A DNA stretch of 64,000 nucleotides from Hemiscyllium ocellatum. Taxonomy: Eukaryota. The stretch lies in the NCBI RefSeq assembly GCF_020745735.1, contig NC_083423.1, forward strand, positions 50,344,001-50,408,000, written 5' to 3'. How positions within the stretch are numbered: position 1 is the first letter of the stretch; every line of letters starts with the position of its first letter. Made by a program: the position numbers and the translations under genes. Of this stretch, positions 39,046 through 52,839 are shown in pieces. Below the pieces are notes generated by a model. That model was not told the DNA's origin. It did no database searches and saw only the letters and a program-made list of their open reading frames with translations.

Positions 39046-39728
39046 TTTCATTATATGGTCAAGATATGATGCCTAATGCACGCAACGTTGAATTATCTAT
39101 ATAACCCAGTGCATATCCTGGGTTATTTTCCCATTGACACAAATTATTTTAAAATCAGTATCCTCTGCTTTAGCATTAAGAGAAAAATATTTCATTTCCT
39201 GTGTTTTATTTTCTTTAAATAATAGCTTGGGAGAAACAATTGAAAGTCATCGTGCATTCACTGGCCTCATTGTAGGCTGCTATAAATCACTGACTGTTCC
39301 AAATCTCAGAAGGCAGTCTCAAGGCGAAGATAGGTGCCTGGAATATGTGCTTTCAACCAGAGTTTGTCTTTTCACATGGCTTTCCTCCAATATATTCTGA
39401 GCCAAATCTTGAAAATGTCTGTGATCTGCATTGATCTCCACCCCCACCTTGCTGTTGTGTGGAATAGAAGCGAGTCTTGAGACTCCATTGCTGGTCCCTG
39501 CTGATGTAACTGGCTCCAAAGGCCCTTATAACAGTAAAGAATCAAAACACAGTTTGGCCTTGCCTTCTCATTCCTGGTTGTCAGATATATTTTTCTTAAA
39601 GAGACACCACGCATGTTGATTAAAATCCAGACTGAACTGGCTGGAAATGGCTTTGACAGGCATTTTAATTATAGCATGAAAACCAATTGAAAACAGCCAG
39701 GTAGAAGGACTAAGGTTTTGTTGGAAAG

Positions 39729-40175
39729 TTGAAAATGTGTTGCTGGAAAAGCGCAGCAGGTCAGGCAGCATCCAAGGAACAGGAAATTCGACGTTTCGGG
39801 CATAAGCCCTTCATTAGGAATGAGGAAAGTGTGTCCAGCAGGCTAAGATAAAAGGTAGGGAGGAGGGACTTGGGGGAGGGGTGATGGAGATGTGATAGGT
39901 GGAAGGAGGTCAAGGTGAGGGTGATAGGCCGGAGTGGGTTGGGGGCGGAGAGGTCAGGAAGAAGATTGCAGATTAGGAAGGCGGTGCTGAGTTCGAGGGA
40001 TTCGACTGAGACAAGGTGGGGGGAGGGGAAATGAGGAAACTGGAGAAATCTGAGTTCATCCCTTGTGGTTGGAGGGTTCCCAGGTGGAAGATGAGGCGCT
40101 CTTCCTCCAACCGTCATGTTGTTATGGTCCGGCGATGGAGCCAACCGTCGTGTTGTTATGGTCTGGCAATGGAAG
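39729..40175 (-). mobile_element. PLE family 2 3' fragment with mutated hammerhead (CUAAUGA), inserted in a CR1 remnant
   Basis: Reverse complement matches 34630-35050; contains a 34-bp tandem duplication at 40107-40173. Confidence 0.88.
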
Positions 40176-43131
40176 TTCACAGAGATGGTGCAGAGGAGAT
40201 TGACCAGAATGGTGCTAACATGAGGGACTTTCAGTCATGTGAAGGGACCGGAGAAGTTGGAATTGATCTCCTTGGGGAAGAGAAGGTGGAGGCAATATTT
40301 AACTGAGGAGTTTGAAAAATGGATGACTGCAAGCCTGAAGGATGTGTTCACTGTCAGCAGGGATGGTATCCAGAGTGCACAGATTTCAGAGAGAAGAATC
40401 CAAATGAGACCTTTGTTGAATGTGGATAGGAACTGCCTGGATTGGTGATGGAAGCAAGTACAACTTCTTAATTTCCAGGGTATATATTTGGAAAGAAAGG
40501 TTTGTCAGAGTCTTGGGGAAAATGGATATGGGGCCTAATTCATAGTCCTTTCAAAGAACCAGCACAGCTCAATGTGGGGAGCACCCTTCTGTGGTGTATC
40601 ATTTCGTACAGGAATGGGTCTCACCTTCTCCCTCTTCTGATTGTAACAGGGGTTTGAGTCTTGGAAGGATGTGTTTGGTAAATCAGTGAAGTGCAGCCCA
40701 CACAAGACCCATTCACCCATAAGCCCCATGCTCACTGACCTACATTGACTCCCAGGAGTACCTCGACCGTAAAATTCTCATCCTTTAGTTTCAAACCCTT
40801 TCATAACCTTGTCTCTCCTAAGCATTGTAACCTCCTCCGACCCTTCATTGTTCCTGTGCTCCACCAATTGTAGTCTCTTGTATATCCCATTTCTTACTGA
40901 CCCTTGCTACTATCAGCTCTGCTTCTGCAGTTCAATCCTCTGGGATTCTGTCCTCAGTTCTGGGGACCTTTCTATTCCAGTGTCTATTTTTAGGATGCTC
41001 CTTAAATCCAAGTTTGTGGTCGGGTTGATCAAAGAGGGGATGGTTGCTAGCACGGTCTGGTCTGTCTATTATGTCTGACTTGGTTTGTTTCAGTCTCTTT
41101 TGTGCGGTTTAGTTGCAATCCTTGTCTACTTAACTGTCCCAATAATCAGGATTAGATGTAGTAAAATAATACCAACTCTTTATTGATGTTGTATACATTA
41201 CTGTAGCCTGGGTTTGAACCTTGTCTCTCGAAGGACAGTATATTACTTTGCTTTGTGTCCAGTTCAGACTTTTTTTGCCTCTGTCATGATTGTATCATCA
41301 ATAACATTATGGACTGATTTCCATTAACCCCTTACTCCAGAAAGCCTATCTCTGACCAAACTTTTGATGGTCTGTCCTAATATCTACTTAGGTGTCTCAT
41401 TGTCATATTTTATTCCTGAGAAAGATTTGCTATGTGAAAGGTGCTATATCTTATAGGAAGTTGTTATTGGATTTTAGTCTCTTAAAATTATGCTAGAAAA
41501 TGTCTGTAAATAATCTACAACAGGCAAGTTGAATGATTTTTTAAAAAATGTAATGGATATGCAAAGATATAGCTTTAAAATCTATCGGTCTCCTACCTCC
41601 TCTTGCTCAGCGTAATTCCAATCTAACCATTAATGTTTTTGATTTTTTGTTTATCAGGAATAAATCAATGGCTTTTAAGCTCGTGACTAGGCCTCACTGC
41701 GCTGCTCTTTACGTCATTCATGAATTGTATTGCTCACCAGTACATTCTTTCCAATCAAAAGCAGCAACCTTAAATGTGAATTGTGATGCCTTTCAGTGGT
41801 TTCCACGGTAACCCAATGTTAAGACTTGGAGCATTGAATGAAGCAGTTCAGAAATGCAGCAAGGAAATGTCTGAAATTGATCCTTCTCTGATGTTTTAGA
41901 TTACCATCTGATGTTTTAGATTGCATGCGTTACAATCAAAATCATGACATTAGCTTGCCTCCTTCACCATTATCATTCCTCCCTTCACCCCACCCTAGTC
42001 TCTCTATCACCTAATAAAACTAGAGGATACAATTATAGACTATGACAAAGGATAAAGGCCTAGTTAATTACCATAATGGATTTGGGCCCATCTGTAAAGT
42101 TTTGTCAGAAGAAGGAACTGACTGCCAACATTTCAGGCTTTTCTTCCAGTGTGGTACCTAGGTCCTCCTACTTCCCTTTCCACAACTCCTTCCTCCCCCT
42201 AGAACATAGTGCCCTCAACTGAGGCATGCTATGTGTTAGGAGCGACATTTAATTGGGTGACTATGTGGAAGGTGGGGTAACTCCCATCATCTGCCTCAGG
42301 CTGATTAAATGAAGGCCGGTAAGTCTCGTGGACAGCTCTCCTTCCTGCCCATCCTTAAATGGGTAGCCCATGCAATCTTATGCGGGGTCCAGAACCACAA
42401 ATTTTAGTCTCAGATCATAGTGTTGGATTGAGATGAGAAATGTCTTTACTTAAAGGCTGGTGGACTGTGGAATTCTCTAATACAGAAGGCTGTGGAGATC
42501 AAGTCACTGACAATATTTAAGAAATGAACAAACAATCTTCCAAAGGCATCATGGGATATAGGGAGAGAATGGGAGTGTGGCATTGGGGAGGAGCATCAGC
42601 TGTGGCCCCACCATGTTAAATGGTCAATGGGCTCGATGGGCTGCACTTATTTTCTACGATTTTGTCTTACTGCTGCCAGTATCCATCAGTGGCAAGCTGA
42701 GAATTTCACTGGATGGGAAGCTCGGAAAGCGAACTTTGTGAAACATTGCCTTCAACCCTCCACGGTTCAGGGAGTCCCTCCATGCTGAATACCTGATTGG
42801 TATGCCCAGCATCACGACAGAGAAAACTTGCTGAAGACCCTCTGCTTTCCCCTTGATCGATTTGCGCCCCCACCCCCACCCCGCCATGATCCTCTGTGAT
42901 TGTGAGCCTCCATTAGTTGCATTACCATCAGCACCCACAACCCTTCCCACTGGTGCTGCTGAGCACTGGGAGCCAATTGGCTGGTAGCTTGCATGACCAA
43001 AATTTCTATCATGGGGTCCTTGGTCCCAGGGAAAACCCAGGAGTGCCCACGGGAGTGTCTCATTGTCACTTCATTTGACAGGGTGGGCAAGATCCTTCTC
43101 AGCTACATCATGTCAGGCTCATGGTGGTGAA

Positions 43132-43797
43132 TGGCACGGTAGCTCAGTGGTTAGCACCACTGTCTCACAGCATCAGGGACCTGGGTTCAATTCCAGCTTC
43201 AGGCGACTGTCTTTGTGGAGTTTGCACATTCTCCCTGTGTCTGTGTGGGTTTCCTTCAGGTGCTCTGGTTTCCTCCCACAGATTTGCAGGTCAGGTTAAT
43301 TGGCCATGCTAAATTGTCCATAGTGTTAGGTGCATCAGTCAAAGGTAAATGAGTCCGGATGGGTTCCACTTCAGAGGGTCGGTGTTGCCTAGTTGGGCCA
43401 AATGGCCTGTTTCCACACTGTAGGGAATCTAATCTAATGAATGAATGAAAATTGATTCATTGGGCACCACGATGATTCAGTGGTTAGCACTGCTGCCTCA
43501 CAGCATCAGGGACCCAGGTTCGAATCCAGCCTCGGACGACTGTCTGTGTGGAGTTTGCACATTCTCCCCGTGTCTACGTCGGTTTCGTCCAGGTGCTCTG
43601 GATTCCTCCCACAGTCCAAAGATATACAGGTTAGGTGAATTGGCCATGGGAAATTTCCCATAGTGTTCAGGGATGTGTAGGCTAGGTGCATTAGTCAAGG
43701 ATAAATGTAGAGTAATGGGTTTGGGTGGGATACTGTTCAGAGGGTCATGTGGACTTGTTGAGCTGAAGGGCCTGTTTCCACACTGTAGGGATTCTAT
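43132..43797 (+). mobile_element. Two tandem HE1-type V-SINEs (43132-43437 and 43463-43797)
   Basis: Two full head-core-tail units. Confidence 0.88.
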
Positions 43798-44938
43798 AAG
43801 ATTCGACCCTTTCAGTAAGCATTGTTCCTTGCAATCTGGAAGGATCCATTTCTCAAGAACAGGGTCACCCTATAACTTTTTTAAGCTTCAATTTTTTTGA
43901 ATGTGGAAATCTCAGGTTCAGGGCATGACTGGTATAGACACTCAATGGTGTTTACCTATATTAAAGCCAAGATGCAATTAAGAACAGCAGAAATACCAGG
44001 CCTCTACGTCATTGGTGCTGCAAAGGATGACATGTGGATAAAGTAGCCACAATGAAGAGTGCTCTTTGCTATATTGAGACTGGAAGAGAAACAAACCTCA
44101 GCTTCTTCTCTGTGGTCTATATTTTTGGCTTCAGTTCTGAAGGTAATTTATTGAGCTGTAGCACTGCCATTTGCTGTTTCATACTGTAAAATCTCCACAT
44201 TTTGCATCAAGCAAGTTGAATCAATGCTTTGCCCACTTAAACAGAACACTGTGAGTTACCTTGCAGAATCCAACCTTTGTTTCATCTGCGAGCAAAGGGG
44301 AAAATAGAGCTAACTTGCTTCTCTAGGGAAGGCAAACATACCTACAGTTTATGGGTCATATTTTGCTTCAAAACTGACGGCTGAGCTTGACAATATCTCC
44401 TGTTCCTCAACAGAACAGAGCATGTGATGGATTTTTCAAGGTGAATATCATTCCTCCAACTCTCAAGAATCTTAATAGTATCCAGGATGAAGCAGCAGCT
44501 TGATTTGCACTCCATCCACCACCTCCAGCATTTACTCTTTCCACTGCTGACGCACAGTGACACCAGTACGTACCCTCTTCCGACTGTCCCTTCCAAATTG
44601 GCAACCTCCACCACCTGGAAGGGCAAGGGCAAAAGAGACCTGAAAACATCACAACCTGCAAAGTCCACTTGAGACCAGTGTGTATCTGAACAAGTGATAA
44701 CTGAAGACTTTATGATACCAGTTTATTTGTACTGATGGACCCAGGATCAACATCCTCTCTCAAGTATCTAGATGACTGCCTTTCTAGAGTCTATCTAAGT
44801 AATCAGTGTAAAATATTCTTTAGCTCAAACAACCACACAGAAGTAAATATTAATGTTATAGCTAATCAATTCCATTAAAGGATTCAGATAAATCCTTAAT
44901 GTGTTCTTAATCAATCCGAAAGTGAAATGAGACAATAA

Positions 44939-45538
44939 TGATGAAACAATTCTCTGGCTTTCACAGGTGTATTTTATTCTGTGTTTTTTGATGAAGAAAG
45001 GTTGAGACAGAGGTGCAGAGCAGTCTACTCAAAGCCAATAAATAGCTTGTGAGGCTTTTTTTAAAGTTGGAACAATAGAAGCAGCCTGGCTGGTTGGGGT
45101 GAAGCTCCCACAGAGCCTTGCTGTTCGGTTTTAGCTTTCTGCAGTTGCTGGGGTCTTGAAGCTGGATGTGGAAGCTCATATTCCTCTCTCTGAATACTGG
45201 GGTTCTCTTCCTGCAGCTAGAATTGCATGTGAGATAATCTATTTTACTGAATTTGTTCTTGCCAAGGTTGTGTTTATGGGATGTTTCTTTACTGGAACAG
45301 TTAGTTAGTAGTTAATAATCTATTATTCTATTAAGCTTTCCAAGAGAGTTATTATTCCAATTTCTTCTTTTTTGTTTTATTTTAACTATAATGTATAAAT
45401 AAATTGTGATTTGCCTCAAGACTAGTAGTTTGACCAATCGAAGTGCATTTCCTAGCACTTACCTTTAATATAAGAAAAACGTCAGGTCTAGGCTATCTTC
45501 TTAATATATTTGGAAGGGGTTTAATATGGTCCATAACA
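44939..45538 (+). mobile_element. Solo LTR of the same family as the Gypsy element at 17946-23153
   Basis: Collinear similarity to 22620-23153 (ttgagacagaggtgc...attttactgaatttg...gtttatgggatgtt...ggtccataaca). Confidence 0.8.
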
Positions 45539-46725
45539 ATGTTTCAATAGGCAACATTATATAGGTACATATCAACTTGACTTTAACGTTGAATTTGAGA
45601 ATTCCTTTTTAACATCTGAGACACAGCTGATACCATTTTAAAAAGACCAATACCTATTTTGGATTTTTGAAACTTTTAGAAGTGATGTATAATTATCCCC
45701 CCTACATAAATTCATTTTTAAACATACTACTTGTTTCCTAAACAAAGTCAGACCTCGTTAATTTCACAAATTGTGGAAACCTTTCTGGAAGAGGAATTTA
45801 TTCCTCATGCAGTTGGCGGGGTTGTCTAGTAACATATGGTTAAACTATAATAATTTGGGGATGATTTTTTTCCCCAAATATCTTGCTGTCTTGTGTCTGG
45901 AGGAGCTTACCTAACATAGCAATGATCACTAAGAGACTCAGTGCTACAATGAAAGAAAGATTCAACAGAGCTTAGAGTGAAGGATTAAGAAAAACACATA
46001 ACCATGAAGACAGGATGAGCCACTAAGAAGGAAAAGTCCTCAGGAGAACCAAACTCTGAATAAGATTTACAAATGATTTAAAGTGATGTGTAAACAAACC
46101 AAGGGTAACATGAAAAACACAGCGAATTGTTAAGGTCTGGAGTCTACTGCCTGGAAATGTGGTGGAGGTAAGTTCAATTGAGGGATTCAAGAGAAAGTTG
46201 GATGAATATTTGGATAGACATAGCGTGTGTTGGGATATGGACAAAAGGTTAGATGTTGATATGAGGTATTAATCACAGTGCAGGTATGATAAACCAAATA
46301 GCCTCCTTCTACACAGTGAAAATTCTGTGAAGTAATTTGAGTTCAAATTAAAAAAGCCAAATGAGTTACTTTATGGCAAATTGGTTGAAATTAGTTGTAA
46401 GCCATAGTAATCTTGAGTTCAAATGGCATCTCATTAAAAGGAGATGGAAGTAACTGTTTATTGTACCATGGTTCATCATCATTCATCTTGGTTAACACAT
46501 GGAACATTGAGAAAACTACATCCTAACTCTGAATTGTGGGATTAGCTAACTCATTTAAACCAGCATTTAACAGCTGGTTGTGGTGTACCGCATGTGGGAA
46601 ACTCATCTGAATTAAAAACAGTGTTTGCACATTTCATTGAAAGAAGTTTTAGTAAAGGTTTTGATAGACCTTGATGGGCTGCTGTTGCTGCAGTGATGTA
46701 TTTATGTTCCTCATTTTTTTTTCAG

Positions 46726-46980
46726 TCTACGGGGACCAGTGTCACTGTCGATATTGCTGTGATGGGTGAGGCCCATGGATTAATTACAGACCTTCTGGCT
46801 GATCCGTCTCTGCCTCCCAATGTCAGTACCTCCTTGAGGGCTGTCAGCAATCTCCTCAGCACACAACTGACCTTCCAGCCCGTCCACAAGCCCAGAATAA
46901 ATCCATTAGTATCATTCAGCGAGTCCTACGCTGGTTCTGACTCTGAAGAATGCCCAGGAGAGAAACTCGCAATCCCAAAG
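46726..46980 (+). CDS. PDE3A: PDE3A internal coding exon (equivalent to human exon 3), 255 nt, phase 0-0
   Basis: Polypyrimidine acceptor ttttttttcag| and donor aag|gtacac. Translation [60 protein letters not shown]...EKLAIPK closely matches the recalled PDE3A N-terminal regulatory region. Confidence 0.95.
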
Positions 46981-48374
46981 GTACACCAAGTGATGTTAAC
47001 TTCCATTTCCAATATGTCAGGTGCTAGTTAATAGCAATCACCATGTGCTTTAGTCATCTTGTGTTTGTCCTTTCACAATCTAATAAATTCATTTTTGACC
47101 TCTACATGGAAGGTTTAAAACAGGAAAGGTATGGAAATGGAAGAATTATGACATATCTCAATGGCTGTGACACCAATCCTGTGAGGGGATTATGAGTCTG
47201 CATCAGAGTTTTTTGGACCGTGTTTGAATCCTGCCCTTTAGCTGTTCATCCATTTCTGGAGCTGGACAATAGGAGGCAATGAAGATCTGGTGGCTACTGA
47301 CACCACGGGAGGAGGGTTCATCCAGGGCCCCACAGCCAGGGATGGTAGGTTGCCAGGGACAACAGAAGCCCAGACCCCGCTTGTGAGTTCTGAAGGGACA
47401 TTCCTGTTCCACCAGATTCCACCAAAGGAAATGCCATTCTGGATGTATCTTGCTAGCTTCATTGATAGGCCAGCAGCTCCTGGTATTCCGGGTCACCGGT
47501 GTTGGGGCCTGTGTTAGGGCCTTAAGCAAGTTGTCTGGCAGACAATTAGATGAACTACCTAGCCAATGAGGGGTGGTCTGTTAGTCATCACCTTACACCC
47601 TATTTAGAAAAAAGTGTGGGAAAATTCTACCTGAGTTCTTTATTATAACTGAAATTGGGATAGATCTTTGCAAGGGGAGGAGTGAAAGAATACTCGAGAT
47701 ATTTGTTAGTATGTGCATCATTGCTTTTAAACTTTATAAATCTATGCAAGTTGTATTGTCGATGTAGTAATTTGCTACAAGGCTAAATGGTTGCGCATAC
47801 AAGGGAGATAACTGCTTTGTCAACATACTTGGGTGAAAGTTTATGAATTTGTACTGGCAAAGTCAATAGATATAACAGTCATTGGAGTTCACTGACTAGC
47901 TCCTATGAGAGATGATCAACCAAATGGAATCTTAGTTTCTTTGGACAGATTTCCCACTTCATTGTTACAACAGCAGTTTTATCGGATGAAGGTACTGTTT
48001 GAAACAATTATTGACTTGAAACAGATTGCTGGTTATCAAACAATCAGACAGATCTGTGGATTTACAATAGGAAATTTAATGAATGCCTGAAAATCCCTTT
48101 ATCACAGTCCTGGTTAAACTGAAGAACCTTTCAATGTAATTAGATTTAATCAACTGTTTATTCTATTTACAAAATTGCTGCATTTTTCTTTATTTATTAT
48201 GCTTTAAGGTTGAATGAAAATAATCAGTTTTCATGGTATTTGATTTATGAGTGTTATTTTGTTGCAAACAAGTGGAGAAGCATTTATTTAAAGAGAACTT
48301 TTTTTTAAAGAATCATCAAATGATAATAATTTTTGCCTGATATATTGTTCTTCAGTATTTCTGCTTTTAGGTCT

Positions 48375-48740
48375 TTTTTTCAAATATGTTCATGTGAAGT
48401 GGGCATTGTTGGCTCAGGCAGCATTTATTGCCCATCCCTAATTGCCCTGGAACCGAGTGTCTTGTTAGAACATTCCAAAAGGTAATTAAGAGTCAAACAC
48501 ATTGCTATGGGTCTGGAATCACATGTAGACCAGACCCGATAAGGGACAGTGGATTCTCTTCCCTGAAAGACATTAGTGAATGTGCTTTTGCCATGATTGA
48601 CAATGGTCATCATTAGGCTGGCTTTGTATTGAATTCAAATTCCACCATCAGCCATAGAATTTGAACCCATATCCCCAGAACATTAGGCCAGCCCTCTGGA
48701 TTGCTAGTTCAGTGACGTTATCATGACACCACCACCTCTC
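48375..48740 (-). mobile_element. tRNA-derived SINE family C
   Basis: B-box-like gggttcaaattc on the - strand; 3' part matches 180-390. Confidence 0.65.
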
Positions 48741-48827
48741 CCTGAGCTGCATTAACTTAACAGTCCAGTATTGTTCACACATGACATGTTGAGGTTCTGT
48801 TGAGACCAATCCTTCTACTCCCTTTAG

Positions 48828-48985
48828 CGACTGAGGAGAAGTCTGCCTCCAGGACTATTGAGGAGGATTTCATCCACATGGACAACAACAACGTCTGCCA
48901 CCGGCCTGCCCACCATGGAGCCTGGACCCGTCAGGAGAGACCGCAGCGGAAGCGTAAAGCCATCTCACGAAGCCCCATCAGGCAG
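48828..48985 (+). CDS. PDE3A: PDE3A internal coding exon (equivalent to human exon 4), 158 nt, phase 0-2
   Basis: Acceptor ctactccctttag| and donor cag|gtaggc. Translation [52 protein letters not shown] continues in frame from the previous exon and contains the RRxS kinase motifs of PDE3A. The ORF track shows a different frame here. Confidence 0.95.
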
Positions 48986-51204
48986 GTAGGCACAGATTAG
49001 TACGCTTTACTCGCAAGATCTTCTGTGATACTAAACCCTGTGAGCGATGGAGCCAGTGAGTATTAACACAAATAGGTATTGCCTCAGTCTTGGCGTCCAG
49101 GAAATGGTGTATGTAAAAGTTGGTCATTGATGAAGTAGAGGAAGCAACGTCAGTTTCAAAAGTTTCCTCCGAATATGGAAAAGGCACCAACAAAGCTCAT
49201 GGAAGGCTGGTTTGTACCTTTTGTGTGTTTGTAAAGCAATCTCCTTCCTCGCACAGATTTCTGTAACCGGGGTCACCATCATGGGACAACAAAAACAAAT
49301 AATCGTGGACTGATGATCTCCTCCCCATCCCTGATCCTGCAGTTCCTGACCAACCCCTGTCCCCAACTCTCCAAACATTTAAACACAAATGCGCCCAAAG
49401 GTTAAAGATTCAAGTGGTATCAGCTTTCCCACGTGTTGGATACCTTCCTGATAAACTCCTTCATCCTTATCTTGCAACCACTAGGACTGTGGGTTCCAGA
49501 CATGGTCAGATTAATAACTCTACTCACTGTGGCTCAACCCCTGCAAACATTTCAACTCACCCCCATCCCCTTTATGCATTTGTGTTTGAATTCCTGCATT
49601 GTGTTCTGTGTAGCCCTCAGAATCCAACCGGTAGGTGAGAGTTTATTATTATGGAGAATCCCAGGAAAGCGTGCATAATCCTGCTGGTGAAGCCAGGTGC
49701 GGGTTTTCTGTGGTTTTGCCGTCCACATGTGATAAAAGGTAAATAGTGTGCATGCTGGAAATCTGAAATAAATGCAGAGAATGCTGGAGAAACTCAGCCG
49801 GTCTGGCAGCATCTGTAGAGGGAGAGAGAGAAACCACGTTAATGTTTTGAGTCTGGTATGACACTTCTTCTGTTCTCTTTCTCTGTATTAACTCTGCTTT
49901 TGGTCCAGAAGCCATTGATGCGTTGGAAGTGGCTCAGGGAAGAAAATAAATTTCGGTCTGAAGTCTCCCCAACGTCCACAGGGACATGCGCACGGTCCCT
50001 CAAACCTGTTCACACCACGCAGTGAGATTATTACTGATCTGCTCAACGAGTCTGCATTTGCCCTAGCTCTGCCTCTGAGAAATCTATCAAATCACACAAT
50101 TAAAGTTGGCATCATCGCGCATTCTTTGCATGCAACAGTGTTTCCTGACTTCATTCCTGAAAGGGCTGATCTCAATTTTTAGCTGTGTTCCCATGTAGTA
50201 GACTTTCCCAAACGCATGTAGTAGAATTCCCCCGAAATAGATTTTCTGTATCCACCCATCAGTCCCGCTCACTATCTTGAAAGCTGTAAGCAAATCATCC
50301 TTAATTTCTAAATTCTTAAGCACTGCACTTTTAGTTATTTTTGTAATCTCTCTTTGCAGTTTAACTCATGCCAGCAAATCATCACTACATTTCCTTTGTG
50401 GCCAAAACAGATATCCTAGTGAGTAATGCCCAAAACTCAGTTCAGGATGAGCAACAGCTTGTAGAGACGTTGACCCAGCCAGTTAAAACAGTGGGAGCAG
50501 GGTGAGTAGTTTCAGAATGGGAAACAGTGCAAAGGGAGCTGGGTACAGCCAATTAAATTAGTGGCAGAAACAGTTTCAGAATGAGGCAAATCTGACCACA
50601 TACTGAGTTTGATCAGAATAACCAAACCATGACAACACCGGAAAAGCATAGTTGATTGCTAAGTGAGTAACTACTGTTAGGGAACGTGCCTAAAGTGTTT
50701 GAATTTATAAAAATCCAGAAATATTTTAACCCATGCTTAAATACCTTCATTATAAGATTAAGAAGTAGTTGCAAAACTGAAGTAGGAAACCAGTAATTCT
50801 GTTAACTATGTGAGTCTTAGTGCTGAGAAGTATTGAATTTCTAAGGTTTGAATTAGTACAGTAAGTGATAGTGAGAAAAGGTTTCATTTTATGTATTAAT
50901 TAATTAAGGAAAAAGAAATAGAGTCATAGAGATTTAATTCTGACATAATAAAGCCAGTCAGAGCAGTGATGTGTGGTGACTGTAGCATGCAGTGTACCTG
51001 GATGCCCCCCACCAGTGTGATCCAGGGTAAACAAGTCTGCAATAAATGATTGAATTGAAAGGAGCTTCAGCTCAGAGTTTACAAGCTGGAGGCTGAACTA
51101 CAAACACAGCGACATATCAGGGAGGTGAAAAGTTATCTACATTCTAAGTATTAGCAGGTGGTCAAAACTCTTTGTACAGGTTCTTCTGATTTGGCCAGGG
51201 GTAC

Positions 51205-51240
51205 ATTCCTGAAGAAGGGCTTATGCCCGAAACGTCGATT
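51205..51240 (+). ncRNA. Minimal hammerhead ribozyme motif (PLE family 2)
   Basis: AUUC CUGAAGA A GGGC uuau GCCC GAAA C GUC GAUU; core intact, stem I weak. Confidence 0.75.
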
Positions 51241-51335
51241 CTCCTGCTCCTTAGATGCCGCCTGGCCAGCTGCGCTTTTCCAGCACCACACTTTTCAACT
51301 CTGGTCTCCAGCATCTGCAGTCCTCACTTTCTCCT
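51205..51335 (+). mobile_element. PLE family 2 solo terminal fragment
   Basis: Matches 34953-35082; imperfect TSD aggggtac / agaggtac. Confidence 0.85.
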
Positions 51336-51959
51336 AGAGGTACGGTACAGGCAGATGTGACTGCAAGAGAGGCAGGTGAGGAGACACAAAAGGTCAAAGG
51401 GAAGGAACTTCTGCCTTTGCAATTGGCCAAAAGATTTGAAGTTCCTGGAGTCTGTGGGGGGAATGAAAGCAGTGACTAAAGGATAGTTGAACAAGTTGAC
51501 CATGCACCCTATTGAGAGAAGCCAGTCAAGTTGGGGAATTGATAGGAATGTAATGGCAGTGGAGGACAGTATATTGAGTGGTTTGGATGCCATTATCTAT
51601 GGCTAAGCGCAAGAGTCCAGGTGGCTTTGTTTCCTCCTCTATGCTAGGCATCTGCTTTAGCCTGGGGAGGAATTCGCAATGGGAGGGAGAGAGTGTGACC
51701 ACAGCCCATGTAGGTGTCAACAACATAAGCAGTTTTGCTGTGTATGAGCAAATGGTGGCTATTTAAAAAGCAAAACATCAAAGTTCAAACATCTCTTAAC
51801 CTCTACTTGAGCCAGGTGGAAATTGGTGTATGCTAAATAAGGTGTTCGATGTTCTAGATGGTCGAGGTCATGGGTTTGGAAGGGCTGTGGAAAGAGCCTC
51901 AGTGAGTTGCTGCAATGCATCTTGTAGCTGCATTAAAATGGAAGGAAATAATAAAACAG

Positions 51960-52780
51960 ATAAGAACAAAAGACAAAAAGAAATAGGAACCGGAGTAGGC
52001 TGTTCAGCTCCTGGGGCCTGCCCCACCATTCAGTCGACTCATGGCTGATCCAATACTCCCACTTGCCATCTTCCTCTGTTTTCCCCATCACCCTTTATTC
52101 CCTGACTGATCAAAAACCTATCTATGCCAGCCTTAAATATGCACAAGAAATCTATACCCACAGGTCTCTGTGGCAAGGAGTTCCAGAGACCCACAACCCT
52201 CTGAGAGAAGAAATTCCTCCTCATCTCAGACTTAAAATAATGCTCCTTTATTCTGAGACTGTGCCCTCAGGTCCTAGACTCTCCCATGAGGGGAAACATC
52301 TTCTCAGAATTTAAACTCCAGCGAGTAGACTCCTAACTTGTTTGCCCTTTACTAATAAGATAATCCCTCAATTCCAGAGATCAGCCCAGTGAACCTGCTC
52401 TGAACTGCCTCCAATGAAGTGATATCTTTCCTTAAGCAAGGGGAGCAAAACTGCTGACAGTACTCCGGATATGGTCTCACCAGCACCTTGTACCGTTGCA
52501 ACAAGACTTACCTACTCTTATATCCAATCCCCTTGAAATGAGGGCCATCATTCCATTAGCCTTCCTGACTACCTGCTGCTGTTGTGAGCTAGCTTTCTGC
52601 GTTTCTTGCACAAGTTGCCCTAAGTCCCTTCTGTGTTGTAGCTTTCTGCATTTAAGTAATATTCTATCTTTTGTTTCCCCTTCCAAAATGAACTACTTCC
52701 TATTTTCCTGTTTGCCAACTTTTTGCCTACTTTTTAACTTGTCGATATCTCTCCGTAAACTGTTTGCAACTCTCTTGGAA
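51960..52780 (-). mobile_element. CR1 LINE 3' fragment
   Basis: MRRNFFSQRVVGLWNSLP and QVVRKANGMMALISRG motifs. Confidence 0.85.
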
Positions 52781-52839
52781 TTTCACTATCAATGGCATTA
52801 GCAGTTCATAGATAAATCCTGTGGTCTTTTTTCTCTGAC

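Larger units (their letters stand above)
50955..51770 (+). mobile_element. CR1 ORF1 remnant (Cys motif, leucine zipper, SGNH esterase), interrupted by a PLE fragment
   Basis: CGDCSM, ELQLRVYKLEAELQTQRHIRE, RNVMAVEDSILSG and TAHVGVNNI, resembling the GDS and HVGTND esterase blocks. Confidence 0.7.

Noticed and set aside
48800-49000. ORF-track 66-aa ORF over the second PDE3A exon
   Set aside because: Wrong frame; the conserved PDE3A peptide is in the frame starting at 48828.
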